A DNA stretch of 64,000 nucleotides from Lingula anatina (taxonomy: Eukaryota; Animalia; Brachiopoda): positions 1,736,001 through 1,800,000 of the forward strand of contig CM120649.1 in NCBI GenBank assembly GCA_051362555.1, written 5' to 3'. Under the pieces are notes generated by a model. That model searched no databases. It was not told the origin of the DNA and worked only from the letters and a program-made list of their open reading frames with translations. A program made the position numbers and the translations under genes. Position 1 is the first letter of the stretch; each line of letters starts with the position of its first letter. Positions 36,801 to 51,774 of this stretch are shown in pieces.

Positions 36801-39800
36801 TCCGCATGCGCCAACGAATCAGACTCCCTGTAAATGCGGGTCCCGATTGCAGATAACCATTAAGATCTCCCTGTGCCCAAACCCCTGTTAGGCCTTGCAA
36901 AAATGTCCTTCAGACTGGGCATGTATTAAAAAGAGAACTTACGTAACTGCCAGTTCTCTTTTGAAGAGTCTAAGAATAACTGTACCTAAGTAGTACACCT
37001 TGTCATTAAATAAAGAGTCAAATATATATTATATGGCAAATTATTAGTTCAAAACGTAATTTTACTGCTCTTTTTTTAAACTTTTTGGACATGCTATATC
37101 GGTCATTTGAAACGTGGAGTGTCATGCAGTTTGAACCCGAATCTTTCCTATTCTACGTAATTATCTATTTATAATATAATAATATTTATATTTTGACGGC
37201 CATCTTGAATTTTGAAAATTGATCAATGTTCCAGATATAGCCACTGGCAAGAAAAACTAAATTAAATTGGCTTTTATAGCCCAAGGAATTCAATTCTTAA
37301 TTAAAATAACGGGGAATAACAAAGAAGTATTCAACTGTTGGACCCGTGGAAGTGGCAAACAGACTCCTTGGGGCGATGCCCTCAACCACATGTTAAGATA
37401 AGCTTATCCTGAGAGCTTAGATTCATGCCTAACACAATATCATAATGAACATAAATATAAAATGCGGATATGGTTTTAATACGACAAATAAGAAGAAAAA
37501 AAAACAACTAATTTGCAGCTTTTATCACCTTCTGGCATTTATTTATTTATTTATTTTGGACGGCCGTTTTGGTTTTTTGCTGGAAGTTAAGCACTTAAGT
37601 GTTTTTCTAGACCTGCTGTGTTCTGCTGATAGGAAAAACTTTCAAAATACCTCTAAATTTCTGGTAGTTTTCCTATTTTTCCTCTTAAATTGACGGCCAT
37701 ATTGAAAAATTCTCAATTTCTCGGAAGTAGCAACCGAGCTAATTTTGTTTCTCTCGGCCTGACTATTGGGCCTATGTGAGTGGCGACCCGACTAGTTAGG
37801 ATTCACAATAACCAGCACAACGTATGCCATATGACCAGGTCTTTCCCTTACTTCAATCTCAATATGCTGAGTGCTATGGGGATCAAACGCATTACTTCCT
37901 GAACCAGAATGGAACACTCTGTGTTGACACTTTATGCATTATTTATGCGTAATCCAGGCGTACAAGTCATGACAGTGTGAAAACGAAAAGATATGCATGA
38001 TCTATCTATTTAAATTGTTTGAATTGCAAAAATCTAATTAAGCTATATGTGTGAAATAATAAAACATGCCTGATATTTAAATTGCCTTGCAACATATATT
38101 TTCAGTCAACTGCAGTGCTGGCAGTTGCTATAATTTTGGGATTTGCAAAGATAATGCTGACGATCCGTCTGGCTTCCACTGCATTTGCACATATGACTTT
38201 TTCGGAAAGAGATGCGAATTGCGTAAGCAATGTCCTTGTTACACTTTCTATCGACTGTTGTGGATAACAGGAAATACTTATGTACAACAAAATATTGGAA
38301 AACATGTTTACTATTGCAACAATTGATGGCAGCACATATGTTTAATTTAATATAATGTATCCATTATCAGTGTGTCTTTTAACAGGTGGACATTTTGTAC
38401 AAAATGAATTCCATTGGTATCAGTTACCCTGATAAGTAAGTGCTATGGGGAATTGAAATATCTAAACTGAAAGAGCATGCATAACATTTTATAAACCTTA
38501 ATTGCAATATCTTCATTTCAGATGATTGCCAATGGAGTGACTGCAAGAATGGTGCGACTTGTGCAGAAAATACTACAAATTCGGAAACGTCGTGTATTTG
38601 TCCCGAGGGTTATAACGGAACAGCGTGCGAAATAGGTAAACCGTGCCTTTCTAATACTGTATATATTGTGTATCTCAGTATTGAAGGATAACAACTAATA
38701 GCTCTAAGTTGTGAAGCATTCAGAAAAAGAAATTACATAACAAATTTACCAGCGCAAAAATTGATACCAGAAGATAGTAGCAAGAATCAGTAATAGTACC
38801 TTATATCGACTGATATTAAGTCATATGGCTCTAGATCTCTCTTTATAAACTATAATACCATATTCAAACGATTATGTGGAACTCACGAAAAAACGTCCTT
38901 TGGCTCTAGATCTCTATTTATTAATTATGGTACAACTAACACATTCAGGTGATTAGGTGGACGATATGAAAACAAGTCATGATATAACGTCCCTTGAGGC
39001 GGTTTAAAAGTTTCAAGTATTTTTCCGCATGCAAGTGCCAAATTACATTTTTTATTTGTTTTCAGCACATTGTGGGGAAAACGCTCAATGCACTAACATG
39101 CAGCGTAATATTCAAGTGCCTGAGAAAAATGAAAACTGCAATGCAGAATTTGAAGAATTATGTGTTTGTAATGACGATTACATCGGGAATGGAATCAACT
39201 GCACTAGTAAGTCTTAGGCCGTATTCAGAACAGTGGACTAACAAGTATGCCGGTCAAATGTGGCCGACCCACTTAAATATTTCCCCTTAATCTACTCAGT
39301 GTCTATTAGTGGATTGGACGGTCGCGTTATTTGACGCCTAGTTAGTCGACTCTTCTGATTGAATAGTTATTTTGGTATAGCAGAAGTTAGCTGAAATCAT
39401 AACCTGGCAACCGTTTCACAAAAAAACTTAAGTCGGTTTCCCTGACTAAGAGCTTGGTTACCAACGTAATTAAGTCGTTACGTCACTAAGTCCCGTTTCA
39501 CAAAGAATCTAAAAGGTCGCTTACGTCGTTTTTTTCTTAGCTGCTAGTCGACGATGTCTAGCCTCCTCGGGAGGAGCCTTAAGTCGGCAAGCTCAACTAA
39601 AACTCGGTAAATGAGAGCATAAACAACAAAAATTTGGAAAGAACATACCTCCTTCACGATATTGTGTTCTGATATCCTTGAATAGCACTGAAATTTATGG
39701 AATATTGAAATTAAAAATAAAATGCCACTTCACCCAGCCGATGGCGTGTTTGATTATGTTTTTGACCACTAGACATCCTTCAGCAGTGTTCCACGACAAG

Positions 39801-40182
39801 CTAATGTTTAACTGATTAGTAAAACTAATCAATAAAGTTCAAAAACAAACTTTGTTTGTGTTTTGGCTGATTTTTATTGTTGATAAACGATCGTTCTCGG
39901 CCGAAAGAGGCCATAAAATGTCATGTCTTGTGAAACTTTTGAAATTTTAAACCTCCTTTTCTTGAAGAGTTTCTCGTGCGCGTCGACTACGGTAAGCACA
40001 CCAAGCTACGGCTTTAGATTCTTTGTGAAACACTCCTAGTAGACTGCAGCGTAGTCGACCCAGCTAGGCCATTCAGTTCGAGCTAGTCAACTACGGATTT
40101 AAGATTATTTGTGAAACGGGGGCCTGAAATAACTTAGAATCGACTCCCCCCCCCCTCGAGGACAGCCCAATCTACTGTTTCA

Positions 40183-40228
<46 letters not shown>

Positions 40229-41903
40229 AAGGGCTCATGCACACCCCTAGTGATAAGTCTACCAAATTCCTAAAGTTAAATCTTTCTCACTCTAATGATC
40301 CAGGAAGAAAAAGCAGAAATTACGACGCAGAAAAAGAAAAAAAAAACAATAATATCAATCACCCCCGGTGACAGTCCAATCCCAAGTGTTACTAAAACCC
40401 CGTAATGCTCATGTACATGCTTGATAAAAGATATTCTAATTACCAATGTTTGAAATTTCTCAGCCTGTTAGTCTAGGAGACGAAGGAAAACACAAGGTAT
40501 TACAAGAAGGATCAACCGCACCCAGGGACAGCCCAACCCCATGTTGCAGTAAATTTCTGTGCAGGGATGCCTATGCACACAATTTAAGCTGTCAAAAACA
40601 CAATGTAAATATAATTAAGAATCGCCACCCACACTGACAAATCAAATTCCAGCTGTACTAAAATCCTCATGTGCGAAACTCAGGTCTAAATATCCCCAAG
40701 GCTTAAACTTCCTCACGCTTATGGTCAAGGGGGAGTTAGCTGAAATTTCAAGTTAAAAATAATTTGTTATCATCCAACTCCCAGGGACATGCCGCCACAC
40801 AATCCACTATGAAATTCCAAAGTCACCATGCACATGATTCATTAAACAATATTAAAGTCTATCAATACCAAAATTATCTCACTCTTGTGCTACAAGAGGG
40901 GATGGCAAAAATTACAGTGTAAAAGGAATTGAGAATCAGAAGCGACGTCTTTTGTCTAAAAGGTGCGGGCACAACAAGCAATCAATTTTGTCAAGTGCAA
41001 TGTTGTTTTGTCACCGATAACCATTTAACGTCATGATAAGCCTGATAAAATCACGAAATCAAATAGCCGTCTTACCTTGACCGGTGTAACAGTAATCAAA
41101 AAAACCCCTACGGACCTCGGTTCCTGGTAATGGTTGTCCGTAGGACTAACATTACTAGGGAATAATAGTCCTGCAGGGACTTAGGTTCCTGGCTCAGAAT
41201 TAGAGTAGGTAGGACTTGTATTACTGTCGGACTTTCATTCCTATTTCATTCCTATGACGGTAATACAAGTCCGGCCATTTGAAAGTCCTATCTTTAGGCA
41301 ATAATACGGATAAATGAAAAAACGGTGTTTTGACGTGGCTGGAGCAACATTGATTTTACGTTGAATTTAGGTAAATCAACGGCAATTCAACGTATCTACC
41401 TGTTTTCAACGTTGATCCAACGTCACTTTGCCTGCTGGGAGGGTGAATGAACACAGAAAACCAATGACTGTATATTGGCAATACCAGATCTGCCATTTCT
41501 AAACGTGTAATAAACACCAGTCACAGTATTGTCTGAAATTCAACTAAGATCCTTGAATCCAAGTCATCTGATATCCTACGTTAGATACGAGAGGTTATCA
41601 ACATCAGCCGTCACCAGCCATCCATGAATAGGGTCGGGAAGGACGATCTACCTGACATTTATAAGAGGGCCGTGGCCACATATTGGTCACTGAGTATCAA
41701 CATCTGCTCAAGTCATTCTGATAAAGGCCTTCATCCAGGTTGGCCGGAAGCTTCCGGTAGTTTTCTAGGCTTGTGTTTGAAAATATTCATTTACTACTTT
41801 ATAAATGTGTTTGTATATTACTGACTGCGCAATGTGCTCTAGTAAAAACGGGGTCAATGTGTCCATAAAATATATTTCTTTTTTTTCAGAATCGGCGGAA
41901 TAA
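30859..41903 (+). CDS. Secreted 3xEGF-like protein, copy C (158 aa); exons 30859-30949, 38106-38222, 38522-38635, 39066-39206, 41890-41903
   Basis: Same EGF and terminal exon sizes and phases as copy A (117/114/141/14), open frame, GT-AG introns. Intron 1 is enlarged by a 6.6-kb Academ insertion. Confidence 0.85.
31161..37794. mobile_element. Degenerate Academ DNA transposon in intron 1 of copy C
   Basis: TAGTCG...CGACTA termini, a subterminal inverted GGCCGAG.GAA.CAAAATTAGCT, and a 3-bp TSD GTT (empty site in copy A at ~14750). Relics of a Cys-rich C-terminus (APESVL..ISCMC..KRCSCRAYKLSCTDVCGCKNCTN, + ~33630-33870) and of an XPG/H3TH-like FWGKGERKAF (- ~32790-32850), consistent with Academ XPG + Cys8 proteins. 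Confidence 0.75.
35987..36971 (+). mobile_element. Tc1/mariner relic nested in the Academ element
   Basis: Broken transposase from ATG 36189: MPRLSCEQR, QDRYIRLHHL.DRF..AS.TA, TLRRRLRE, VLPRPSYSPNMNPTEHLW (the WP..SPDLNPIEHLW motif). Confidence 0.8.
39407..40123. mobile_element. PIF/Harbinger-like MITE in intron 4 of copy C (same insertion as 16281-16991)
   Basis: Same TIRs, same CTG TSD, same flanks. Confidence 0.75.
41441..41765 (+). mobile_element. Penelope-like GIY-YIG/pLTR relic in the last intron of copy C
   Basis: SAISK.VI...H.I.WNSTKILES..SDILR-type relic homologous to 57840-58145, followed by a degenerate hammerhead core. Confidence 0.65.
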
Positions 41904-44121
41904 ACAACCAGAAAATGAAATAACAGAAATCGCAGGAGAGGATACACAGTTATTTGATTAAATTAACACCCATGTTTATTAAAATATTAATTTGGACATT
42001 CATTGAAAATTATGTATGAATTAAGTATATCAATTGAAAATAGATATTTTGGGCATTGCATTTGGTTCTTTTTCCATTTTCTCATCTCATTTGTTTTGCT
42101 GTTTATGATTCTAAACATAAAACCTTGTCGTATTTGGTTAAAGTACGAATAGAAATGAAAGTTGACAACGCACTACGGTCACTGGATTATTTTTCATGTT
42201 TTTTAATATTTCAATAACAAATACGTGCCACACTGCCTAACTCCCGCATTGGCCACAACAGACTCATAACCAGCTGTAATAAAAGGCCAATTTCATGAGT
42301 GATTGAAGGAAGAGTGATTGCAAGAAAATCTCTAATTTTTTGAAGTTCCAACCAGTTTCTGTGTCAAAAAAAAAAAAAAAAAAAAAAAAAAAACTAACGT
42401 TTAACGGGGTCTGTCGTGTACAGCAAACAGTGTATCTAGCCGAGCTATAGTATCATATTAATTTACAAATTTATCACATTGGTAATTCCGATCCGTTCCA
42501 CCAGGAAAACAGTGATGCCAATGCCAAATATCAACGTTTAAATTTCTAGATAAATATTTATTTATTGTAAGGAGGAAGTTTGTATATTACTAACATGTAT
42601 TTGCCCTTTTCTTGGCCTGTTTTGGTTGAATAATTTGGCTGATATTCCAACACTTTCTCGCCCTAACCTAGCTGCTTCGGCATTCATAGCACACACACAA
42701 ACGAGAGAGAGAGAGAGAGGGACCAATGTCAAGGATAGAAGGATTTTTTAAAGTTTTATTTACTCGGACTAAATCTTGCCTGACGACAAAGTCCAATTTC
42801 GCGTTCAGAATAAGCAATTCGACTTAACAATCATCGATTTGCATATAGTCGTATATGAAAAGCGATGCTTGTTTAGTCACATTGCTTATTCTGGATAATT
42901 CAATATCATCCAAAGCGTCATACGGGTTTCCATTCGTTTTAATCCCTACGTCCTGAAATTAACTGGGTAATGCAAATAAAATATCACAGAGAGGCCTCTT
43001 TGTTGCAATGTTTTGGCTGTTAGTCCATAACGCGCACACACACACACACACACACGCACATAGAAGAGAAAGAGAGAGAGAGAGGGAGGGACAAAAAACT
43101 GACATCTAGATCGCTGCCACGGAAAAAGGATATCATAAATTTGATTTAACTGAGCAATTCAAATATAATGTCGCAATCTGGTTATAGACCTTCATAGGCT
43201 CTGGTTGAATGTTTTAGGTTACCTGTTACAAATTCGTCCACATCCAGCATTTTAGGTGGTGGACAGACTATAACACATGTGTGTGAGAGAGAGAGAGAGA
43301 GAGAGACCGAATTTCATCAGAAATAATCATCGCAACAATTGGGTCAATTCGTTGGGAATCATTGTAATAAAAAAGACAAAAAAAAGTTTGCAAGAGTTGC
43401 CTTTACTGCTTTACCCAACACTTATATTTGTCAAGCTGCATGAGTGTTTATGGAAGTCCCGACCTGTATGGAAATTTTCTAGGTCAAATATAAAACTACA
43501 CTGATGTACCGGTACTTGCAGTATATTATAATCAGTAGTGAGGAGAGTTTGCATTTCCTGAGCTGACATCAACGAGGAAAAACGAAGTAATTTCTATGTT
43601 AACTGAGAAATATTGTAATCAGTGCAATTCTGTAACTTGTTGGTGATCTTATCCACTGCGTACACCGATCGTTGCTAAATAGCCAGTGGAATGTATCTCA
43701 GCCAGGGGCGGACGGAAACTGTCTTCTGGGTCAGATTTTTTCCAAATTTATATTAACGGGCATCTAACTTTTTTGCTGTTGCAAGAAGGTCAAAAATCTT
43801 AGATGGAACAATAAAAATAATTTGGAAGACTCTCAGAAAATATATCTGAATCCTCCCCTGACAGTGTTTCCGGTGGAGTGGAATGCTTCCTCTGTAATAT
43901 GTTTAGTTTAAGCTTGATCAGGAATCCAATTAACCTTTAAATACCAAATACTGATTAATAAAGGAGATGGTTGCCTGATAGCACACTTTTAACAACCGCC
44001 TTTAGAATTTTGAGAGATGGATAGTGAAGGTGTGAGAATAGACACTCTCCATTTGTTGAAACTATTTCGTACATTCAACCAAATATAGAGAAAATTTTGT
44101 TTCAAGTAATTCAACCATATA

Positions 44122-44420
44122 CAGTGGTCGGAATAATTTTGTTTCCGTTGTACACCGGTGTAACCACGTTCGAAATGTTTTAATCCCTATCTTGTGAATA
44201 GAAGGGGGCGGACAAACAATGGAGGGCCGTATAAATCCCTTCAAAATTCGAACGCACAAACACAATAGCTTAGGTGGAATAACACAATACTTAATACGTG
44301 TGAACCCCATGACGCCGGTTTCTGTGGCCCAGCGCGAGCGTGACAATCCGCTGTAACTAGGTGTAATTAACAGCAGGATACATCAGCCAGAAGGTCCCTA
44401 TTGTTTGTTGCGGCGATAGG
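44122..44420. mobile_element. Left end of a probable Tc1/mariner-type element (related copy at 51249-51545); right end not resolved
   Basis: Both copies start TA|CAGTGG and share internal similarity. It marks where the A/C duplication similarity stops. Confidence 0.4.
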
Positions 44421-46429
44421 ATTATAGCTTGAAGAGGCTAAACCCATGCTAAGGCGTGCCACGCGAAGCGAACTGTCCTTTTGTTCACTAGTTTGGCACG
44501 CGCAGCTGGTTTTTAGTGTTGCTAACAAACTGCTAGTTAAATTTGTTATCAGTTATTTCATCCTATATGAAATTTCCGCAGTCAAAAATTGAACTAATTA
44601 TTGTTTGTTTGGTTGAAATGCATGAGCGTCAGCATCAATCTGTCTCAAAAAATTCCTATTGCATTAATTTATAAATGTATAATTTATTTATGTACTTACG
44701 TTTTAATTTGAAATATCTGCATTCAAGCGTTCAAGTATTTATAAAACATGAATGATAATGAAAGAGGAATAAGGAAATAACATATTACTTATATTATGCT
44801 TATATTATAATATTGAAATTAAATGAGGTACATTGACATAGGCGCAATGACAATCCAACTACAACGTGCAACAGGGGGAAGTCTGGCTGTATGATCATAC
44901 AATATACGAAAGTACGGTCAATTAAAAGTGTAAATCATCAGTTAAATAGGAGGGGGTCTTACTATGGTCGCTATCTATTGTTAAACCCGACTGTTATTGT
45001 CTCTCGAACAAGCTTAAAGCATGCCTATACAATTACTGTGTCTCCGGCTGCCGTTCAGAAACACCATGTCGAACGTATTTTGCTACAGTGAGAAACATGG
45101 TACACTAGCGACTTGTTTTAGATCACTCAAGAAAGGATGCATACGTGCGACACCAGAGGAAAAACAATCAAGTATGCGTCTGATCCATTAATAGTAATTG
45201 CACAGTGCATGTTACTAGACCTTTGTCCTAACTCAGTAGTTAGGAATAGGATGTTTGGATAAAAAGCTTCTATTCAACTCGCTTAGACCTAGGGCGTGAT
45301 GCTATCATCCGATGAAACACGTAACTGCACCCTCTACCTGAACCTGAAGTCCCTTTATCTGAAACAAAAACTGCCCCTTGAACATGTCCATTTTTTAATC
45401 GTCAAATGATTTGTGATTTCATTGAACGTCTTTGATCGGAAGCTTTCAAGTGACAATAACCGAACCATGTGTTGATTATTTATTAAAGCGTAATTAAGTT
45501 TATTCAACATGATCTATTTTGTAAACGATACTTGCCAAGATTGAGCTTGGATTGATCACCGTCACTATTTAGCTACTCGCCTATAATGCGTGCTGAACGA
45601 CAGACAACTTAAAAATATTATCTGTGTAACTGTGCAAATGTAAATGTTAAAATATAACAAAGCCGGCATCTAATCAATCGAACATATTTATATTTGTTCT
45701 TTTTAAACCAGTGTAAGGGTAACGCCAAATCAAAGCAAGCCTTGCAGACTGGTTTTGTTTAAACTGTCGTGCATCAAGTAAAGCTAAGTAAAGCCTGTTT
45801 CTACTTCGCAGTGTTCATCCCAGCCATAAAACTGCATGAAGGATAACAAGACTCCGTAGACCTGTGCTTCAGGTTTCCAGGAGTCCCGTGTAACACAATA
45901 ATATCGAAGGCCTGAGTGCGACTCTAGAAAATGTTTCGACCGCGGGACCTGCGTACTGCACAGATATGGCCTGTTTTGCTTCCGGTGTCAATGTCTCGAA
46001 GGTTTTTAAGGACTGCGATGCAGTGTGGGTGAGTTCTCTCCCCTCCAGACTGCACATTTACCTGTAGTCAACCAGTGTTCCGTTATTATAACGCAAGAGT
46101 AGCTTATATGGTCTGAGATCAGGTGCCTCTCTGTGTAATTGTGATACTGCAAGTGCCAAAATTCTAGTGATTAAATTTAGCCATTGGCTAAATAATTCCA
46201 ATATGTAGCCAAATGATATAATAACGCCCGTTAAGTTGATTTGAAAGTGAGAAGTACACAATCGTTTGCGTATATATATATTAAAAAGAAAAATAGAACA
46301 GCAGCTATTTTGCCCCGACAGTTTTCATTGCATCTTCAGGGGGTTTGTTTATTTTGCTTACTATATGATGTCATAAAGGCTCAGTGTGATGTCTCTAACA
46401 ATGGATATTTGTGGTAATGGTAATGATGT

Positions 46430-46625
46430 TATGGTAATGAGTGTAAAAGGAAAAATTGAGACAGATGTGTATTACAAAACAACAGACACAAAACAATATA
46501 TCCCTTTTAACTCGTGTCATCCCAGACACATTAAGCACAACATACCATACAATCTAACTCGAAGACTATGCACAATTGTCTCAAATGAAACCATATTAAA
46601 ACAAAGGCTCAAAGAGCTGGAAGGA
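46430..46625 (+). mobile_element. Penelope-like RT C-terminal fragment
   Basis: GKIETDVYYKTTDTKQYIPFNSCHPRHIKHNIPYNLTRRLCTIVS matches the T.vy.KpT....Yl...S.HP motif of Penelope-like elements. Confidence 0.8.
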
Positions 46626-47299
46626 GACAATACCCAAGACAACTGATACAAACTGGGATTAAAAAAGCAGATACAGAAGAAAGACCCGAGGACCACCAAA
46701 GGCAAATGAAAAAAGGAAGCCATACCGTACATATCGACATACATGTACCTATATATATGACTCGCCAGGGTTTTATATCTTCCCATTGTATGTACATGTA
46801 CAGGTATATCGACAGATGCAGCAAAAAAGAGACAAAAGATTTGAATTTAAGTTCAGTTTTATATTTTGAAAACTGAGCACATCTAAATGCACCCTAGTGG
46901 TCTAAAAATTAAGCCCCCAAACTGACTACAGAAACGACTACTGTACTTTCATCACTTCCAATTTCAAAATTCAGAATTGTTCAATAATCCAAATATACTA
47001 CAAGACGTATTGATGCAGTAAATCCGTTTTCACGGTAACCCCCGTCGCAAACACACTATTGGTATGATGCTTAATGACATTTGTCATAGTTCTCGGTCAA
47101 TTGCGTACATACAGGGACCAAGGTTAATGCGTCCGCAGCTTGACAAATTATTTCTTATTAATATTGATTTATTATTAAAACTGAAAGTTGTAAAGGGAGC
47201 TCTGACCGATTTATTGTTTGCCAATTTGATTTGAAGTGTTACTCTTTAGAGTTAATGATGTTGCACCAGCTCCCCCGTCCGAGCACGCATTTTATTTAA

Positions 47300-47676
47300 A
47301 GATGCATACAATGTCAATTTTTTGTCATAAAAACCAACCAAATGCCAGCATATAGTTTTAAGTAGTATAACTAAGAGAATTACCAAAAGGCACTGTTTAA
47401 TTTTACCCGAAAGTGATGTTTGAACAGATTTTTCTGCCAGCATTCTATGCTGTATGTCAATAGGGCAGAAAAGAAGGTCACGAAAGTAGGTTAAATTGAC
47501 AACCAAAAATTTAAAGAAAGGAGCACTCTAAAGCTCTTTTATGGCTGATCGGGTGACTTATTCAGTTTATCCCTTGGCATGTCGAATTTATTAGAGTCGT
47601 ATAAGAAACTAGTAGAAGTGGTTTACATGTGTTACTGGGAATCCACGCTCCACCGATGCTCGGTTCGTATGTGCCT
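47300..47676. mobile_element. Kolobok-like MITE, copy 1
   Basis: TTAA|AGATGCATAC...GTATGTGCCT|TTAA. Similar to 51775-52150 and 56057-56435. Confidence 0.8.
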
Positions 47677-47689
47677 TTAAACTTTTTAC

Positions 47690-48200
47690 ATTTGTACATG
47701 CAGCATTTTATAAACCTGCACCCTCTTATTTAAAAGAGCTAGTTCCACATTATATGCCATCACGAAATCTTAGATCAGGTGACCACAATCTTTTTAAGGC
47801 TTGTAAGGCAAGTTTGGTGTTGTTCAGTGAAAAAGCTTTTTTAAAATTGCAGCACGAGAGAGAGAATGGTATACTTTGCCCATCAATCTTAGACAAATTG
47901 TAGGCCCTGGAGATTTTAAAAAGGAAATTAAAACCTACCTTTTTAAGCAATATTATTTTTGAATTATTGTAATATTACATTTTACGAATAATTGTTCATG
48001 GCCTAATTTTCATCTCTTATCCTTTTTGTAGGCCTATATCTTTTTTTTTTACCTTTAACTTTTTTTATATAACTATTTTCCTTCTTTTCATCTTATGACC
48101 ATTTGTATTTTTTCCTTTTAATTGTGAATTTTATAAAGTTTATTTTGTAAAGTCTATTGAACATAGCCTATAAATAAATAAATATATGTTATTATTATTA
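47690..48200 (+). mobile_element. L2/CR1-group LINE 3' fragment
   Basis: APSYLKELV..Y.PSRNLRS...FKKEIKTYLFKQYYF relic with an (AATA)/(ATT) tail. Same family as 12186-12620. Confidence 0.7.
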
Positions 48201-48780
48201 AACTGCAAAACATCGTCGTCTGTTTCTCAAATGAATTGGGGACCATGACCGTTTCTGGGTAGAACAATGAAACCGCGTGACTTTCTTTATTGAGGTCATA
48301 TTTCACCTGCACCACTCAACCAGTCAACACAGAATTTACAGAAATCCAGAAGAGGCCTACGACTAACGTGTCTCGCGTCTAAAGTGATTAGGGTCATTGA
48401 CAGCGTCAGTATTTGGAGTGGATACCACACTGGTTCCAAAACGTTAATGGTAGTCATCAATGAAAACCTGAACCAGATCAAATAAAGGAATAATCTTGAA
48501 ACCACTTGACTATCACTTGATAGCGAGCAACTTGGGAACAATTTTAGGTTGCACGATGAGATCGCCGGTTCAGACACAACACTTTTAATATCGGATACCT
48601 TACAGAATCAAGGAAATGAGCAGCTACCTTGGTCATCAAAATTGCCATTTTTGAACCACATAGACAATATTTGGGTAGACAATACAATCAACAGTCTATA
48701 TGTCTTACAACAAAACTGAACCAAATTGTACGAATTGTGACCGATGCCTAAAATGTTATTCCAGATTGAACTCTAAAAAC
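48200..48780 (+). mobile_element. Highly degenerate Tc1 transposase relic
   Basis: SVSIWSG...VINENLN...LGNNFRLHDE.AG...LPWSSKLPFLNHIDNIW resembles the Tc1 DDE region. Confidence 0.6.
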
Positions 48781-51774
48781 CTATCCCAATGAAAACTTTT
48801 CCGCTTGAGAGCCCTGACAGCACCCAGATGAGTTCAGGCGTAACAGCAACCGTTGCTTTGACTAGACACTGACATGAGGGTCCCTTGTAGGGCGTCTTAC
48901 CCTTTTACGGACGGTACTTGGGGAAAAATGTATATCCCAACTATCTCTTTTAATTCTTGTCGAGTGACTTAGAATAGGCATGTATTTTTGTTTGCTTCAG
49001 TGGCGAATTTAATTAATGAACTGATGTCACAATGACATCAAAGAGATAATTAAGGTAATAATAATTGTTTGTTTGAGATTCAAAATTCCGTAAGAAATAC
49101 ATTGTAAACAACGCATGGCAATATATCATATTGCATTTTATCACTAAAACGGCCGTAATTGTAGTAAAACTAAAATCTGTGCTTTCGATGCCCATTTCTC
49201 GGTCGTCAAGCCATCCGTTACTAATGACGTAGGAATGGCACGCGGATTCGCGTTCATTCGAGATCAAAACAACAAATGGCGGAAGAAATCGAGGAAGAAA
49301 GCAGACCCGTGATGCAGTCCTCACACGTAAGTTGCGAGTTTTTGTACAGTTCGTTAGATAACGAAAAGTCCAGTACTGCTCACATTGTAGATATAAATGG
49401 ATTTTGAGTAATAAGTCGAATATATCTTATGAATCTTATATTATTGTTATTAGTGTTGTTTCTGTCTGCTTGTCCCGCGGTTTTAAGCAGGTCACCACAT
49501 AATCTTGCTCGATATCGCGTGACTATGCAATGTCAGAGAGGGCTCCGTCTGTTATAATCTCTTAAGAGATTATAACAAAAAAAAAGAACTTTTAAAAATG
49601 AAAAAAACCTGGACTAACTTTGAATGTAGGAACGGAGTCATTAACCATTGGTTGGTATGGGAAAATTGCCGTTTACTCCAGGAAAATCCAATGTATGGCC
49701 AAAATGAAGAGTTATTATGCCTTTAAAGGTTCCTAAAACACGATTTTTATCATTATTTTCATTTGCCAGTCAGCAAAATAGGAAACACTGATGCAAAATA
49801 ATTTGGAAACAAATATTCAATATTAAATGTCAAGTCTGTTTGTACAGGTGTAGTAATGACAATGTATACAAGTATTAGATAAATGGCTTTTTATGTCACA
49901 CGTTCCGGTACATAGTGTGATTTTGTCGTTTATCAAATTTACAAGTAAACATGTTTTGATTTGGTTCGTAGAAAGACGTGCTTACCGAATGGCAAGATAG
50001 AGGTAGTAAACCAGCATTGCTTTTCATTAGTCATATACTGAAAGTAATTTCGTATTACCTAATGCGGGTTTAAATTATGTATGAAAGTAGCATTGAGTTA
50101 AAAGAGTAGGTAAAAGACGAGGAAAAACCAAGTAAGTTTTATGTAAACTGAGAAATATTTTGATAATAACTATATATTAGTTATTGCTGCAATCCTGCAA
50201 CTTTATGGTGACCTCTTGCGCACACTGATCGTTGGTAACTAAACAGTGAAATATCTCTCAGGTGGAGGTGGTGCTTTCTCTCAAATATCTGTTAAATTTG
50301 ACAGGGAAAGGTATTCTTACCGAACCGTATGGCAAGATAGAGGTAGTAAACAAGCATTGCTTTTCATTAGTCATATTCTGAAAGTAAATTCATAATACCT
50401 GACGCGTCATACTGGTTTACATTATGTATCGCAGTAGTATTGATATTGGCTGTATGATGCAAATGACATATGTGACTGGTGTGAGAGGCCTACTTTGGAT
50501 GCATTTTTGGCTGATATTCCAACACTTTCTCGCCCTTACCTAACTGTTTAGGCATGCGCAACGCACACGCACACACACACACATACAAAGACACATAGAC
50601 ACAAGACCAAGAAAGAGAGGGGGAGAGAGAAAAAAATCTTACAGCTAGATTGCTGTTAGGGATAGGAGAAAAAATTGATTTAACTCATCGATGCAAATAA
50701 AATTTACAAACAAAAAGTAATTTTGGCCAGAGTTTTCTTAACCGCCATACATAATTACTTATATATGTCAAGCTATAGGTGTGTTTATGGAAGTCCCTAT
50801 ACCTAAGTTTTCTAGATCCCATATAAAAATACACCTTTCATGCTGAACGAACGGAACCGATGAAAGACCTACAAACGGCGTGTGACAGTAAACGGGGCAT
50901 CATTTATTTATATAACCACTTTCGTGGTTGGATGGCTTCTAGTGTGCCACGTTTTTCATGAGATACACTGATGTACTGACAGTATATTAATTCACATTGA
51001 GTAGGTAAAAAGACGAGGAAAAACCAGGTGAGTTTTATGTAAACTGAGAAATATTTTGTTTGCTGCAATCCTGCAACTTGATGGTGATCCCTTGCGCACA
51101 CTGGTTGTTGCTAAATAAACAGTAAAATATATCCCGGTGGTTCTAGTAGAGGGTGGTGCTTCCTCTCAAATATTTGTTACATTTGACAGGGAATCCAGGG
51201 GACTTGAAGACTATCAAAGGCTGATTTATACAAGAGGCGATAACCTTACAGTGGGGTTCATAATAATGTGTCTTTTTATTTCCGTTTCATAGCATTTGAA
51301 ATATTTCAATGCCTTTTTTGTGAATAGAGAGGGGTGGGCAAACAATGGACAACTAAACAATCCAGTCAAATCCTACACGGAATAACACAGCAACTCAAAT
51401 GGAAAAACACAATAGCTTTGCTGAGTGAACACCATGGCCCGGTATGTGTGGTCTATTAGGAGTGGGACTATCCCCTGTAGCTAGGTGTCATTTACAGCAG
51501 GGTGCATCAGCCTAAAGATCACCATTGTTTGTTACGGTGACAATTAAGCCGATAGCTTTAAGTGGCTGGGAACAATGCAGACGCGTGCTACGACAATCAG
51601 TCCAAGAGCCAGCTGTTTTGCCATTATCTTATATCCCCGTCACGCTATAGAGGCGGAATGAGCAAGAATGCCGTCGGAAAGACAATTCTTTGTGCGTTCC
51701 TGGATACTCAAAGAGTTCTGGTAATGGTTCTGCTTGATACCTGCTGATTCCGAATAAATGTGACGGGGGCTTAA

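Noticed and set aside
47252-47506. Recurrent MVVNLTYFRD.../LVILLET ORFs (also 51945, 55952)
   Set aside because: They recur only because they lie in copies of the same non-coding MITE.
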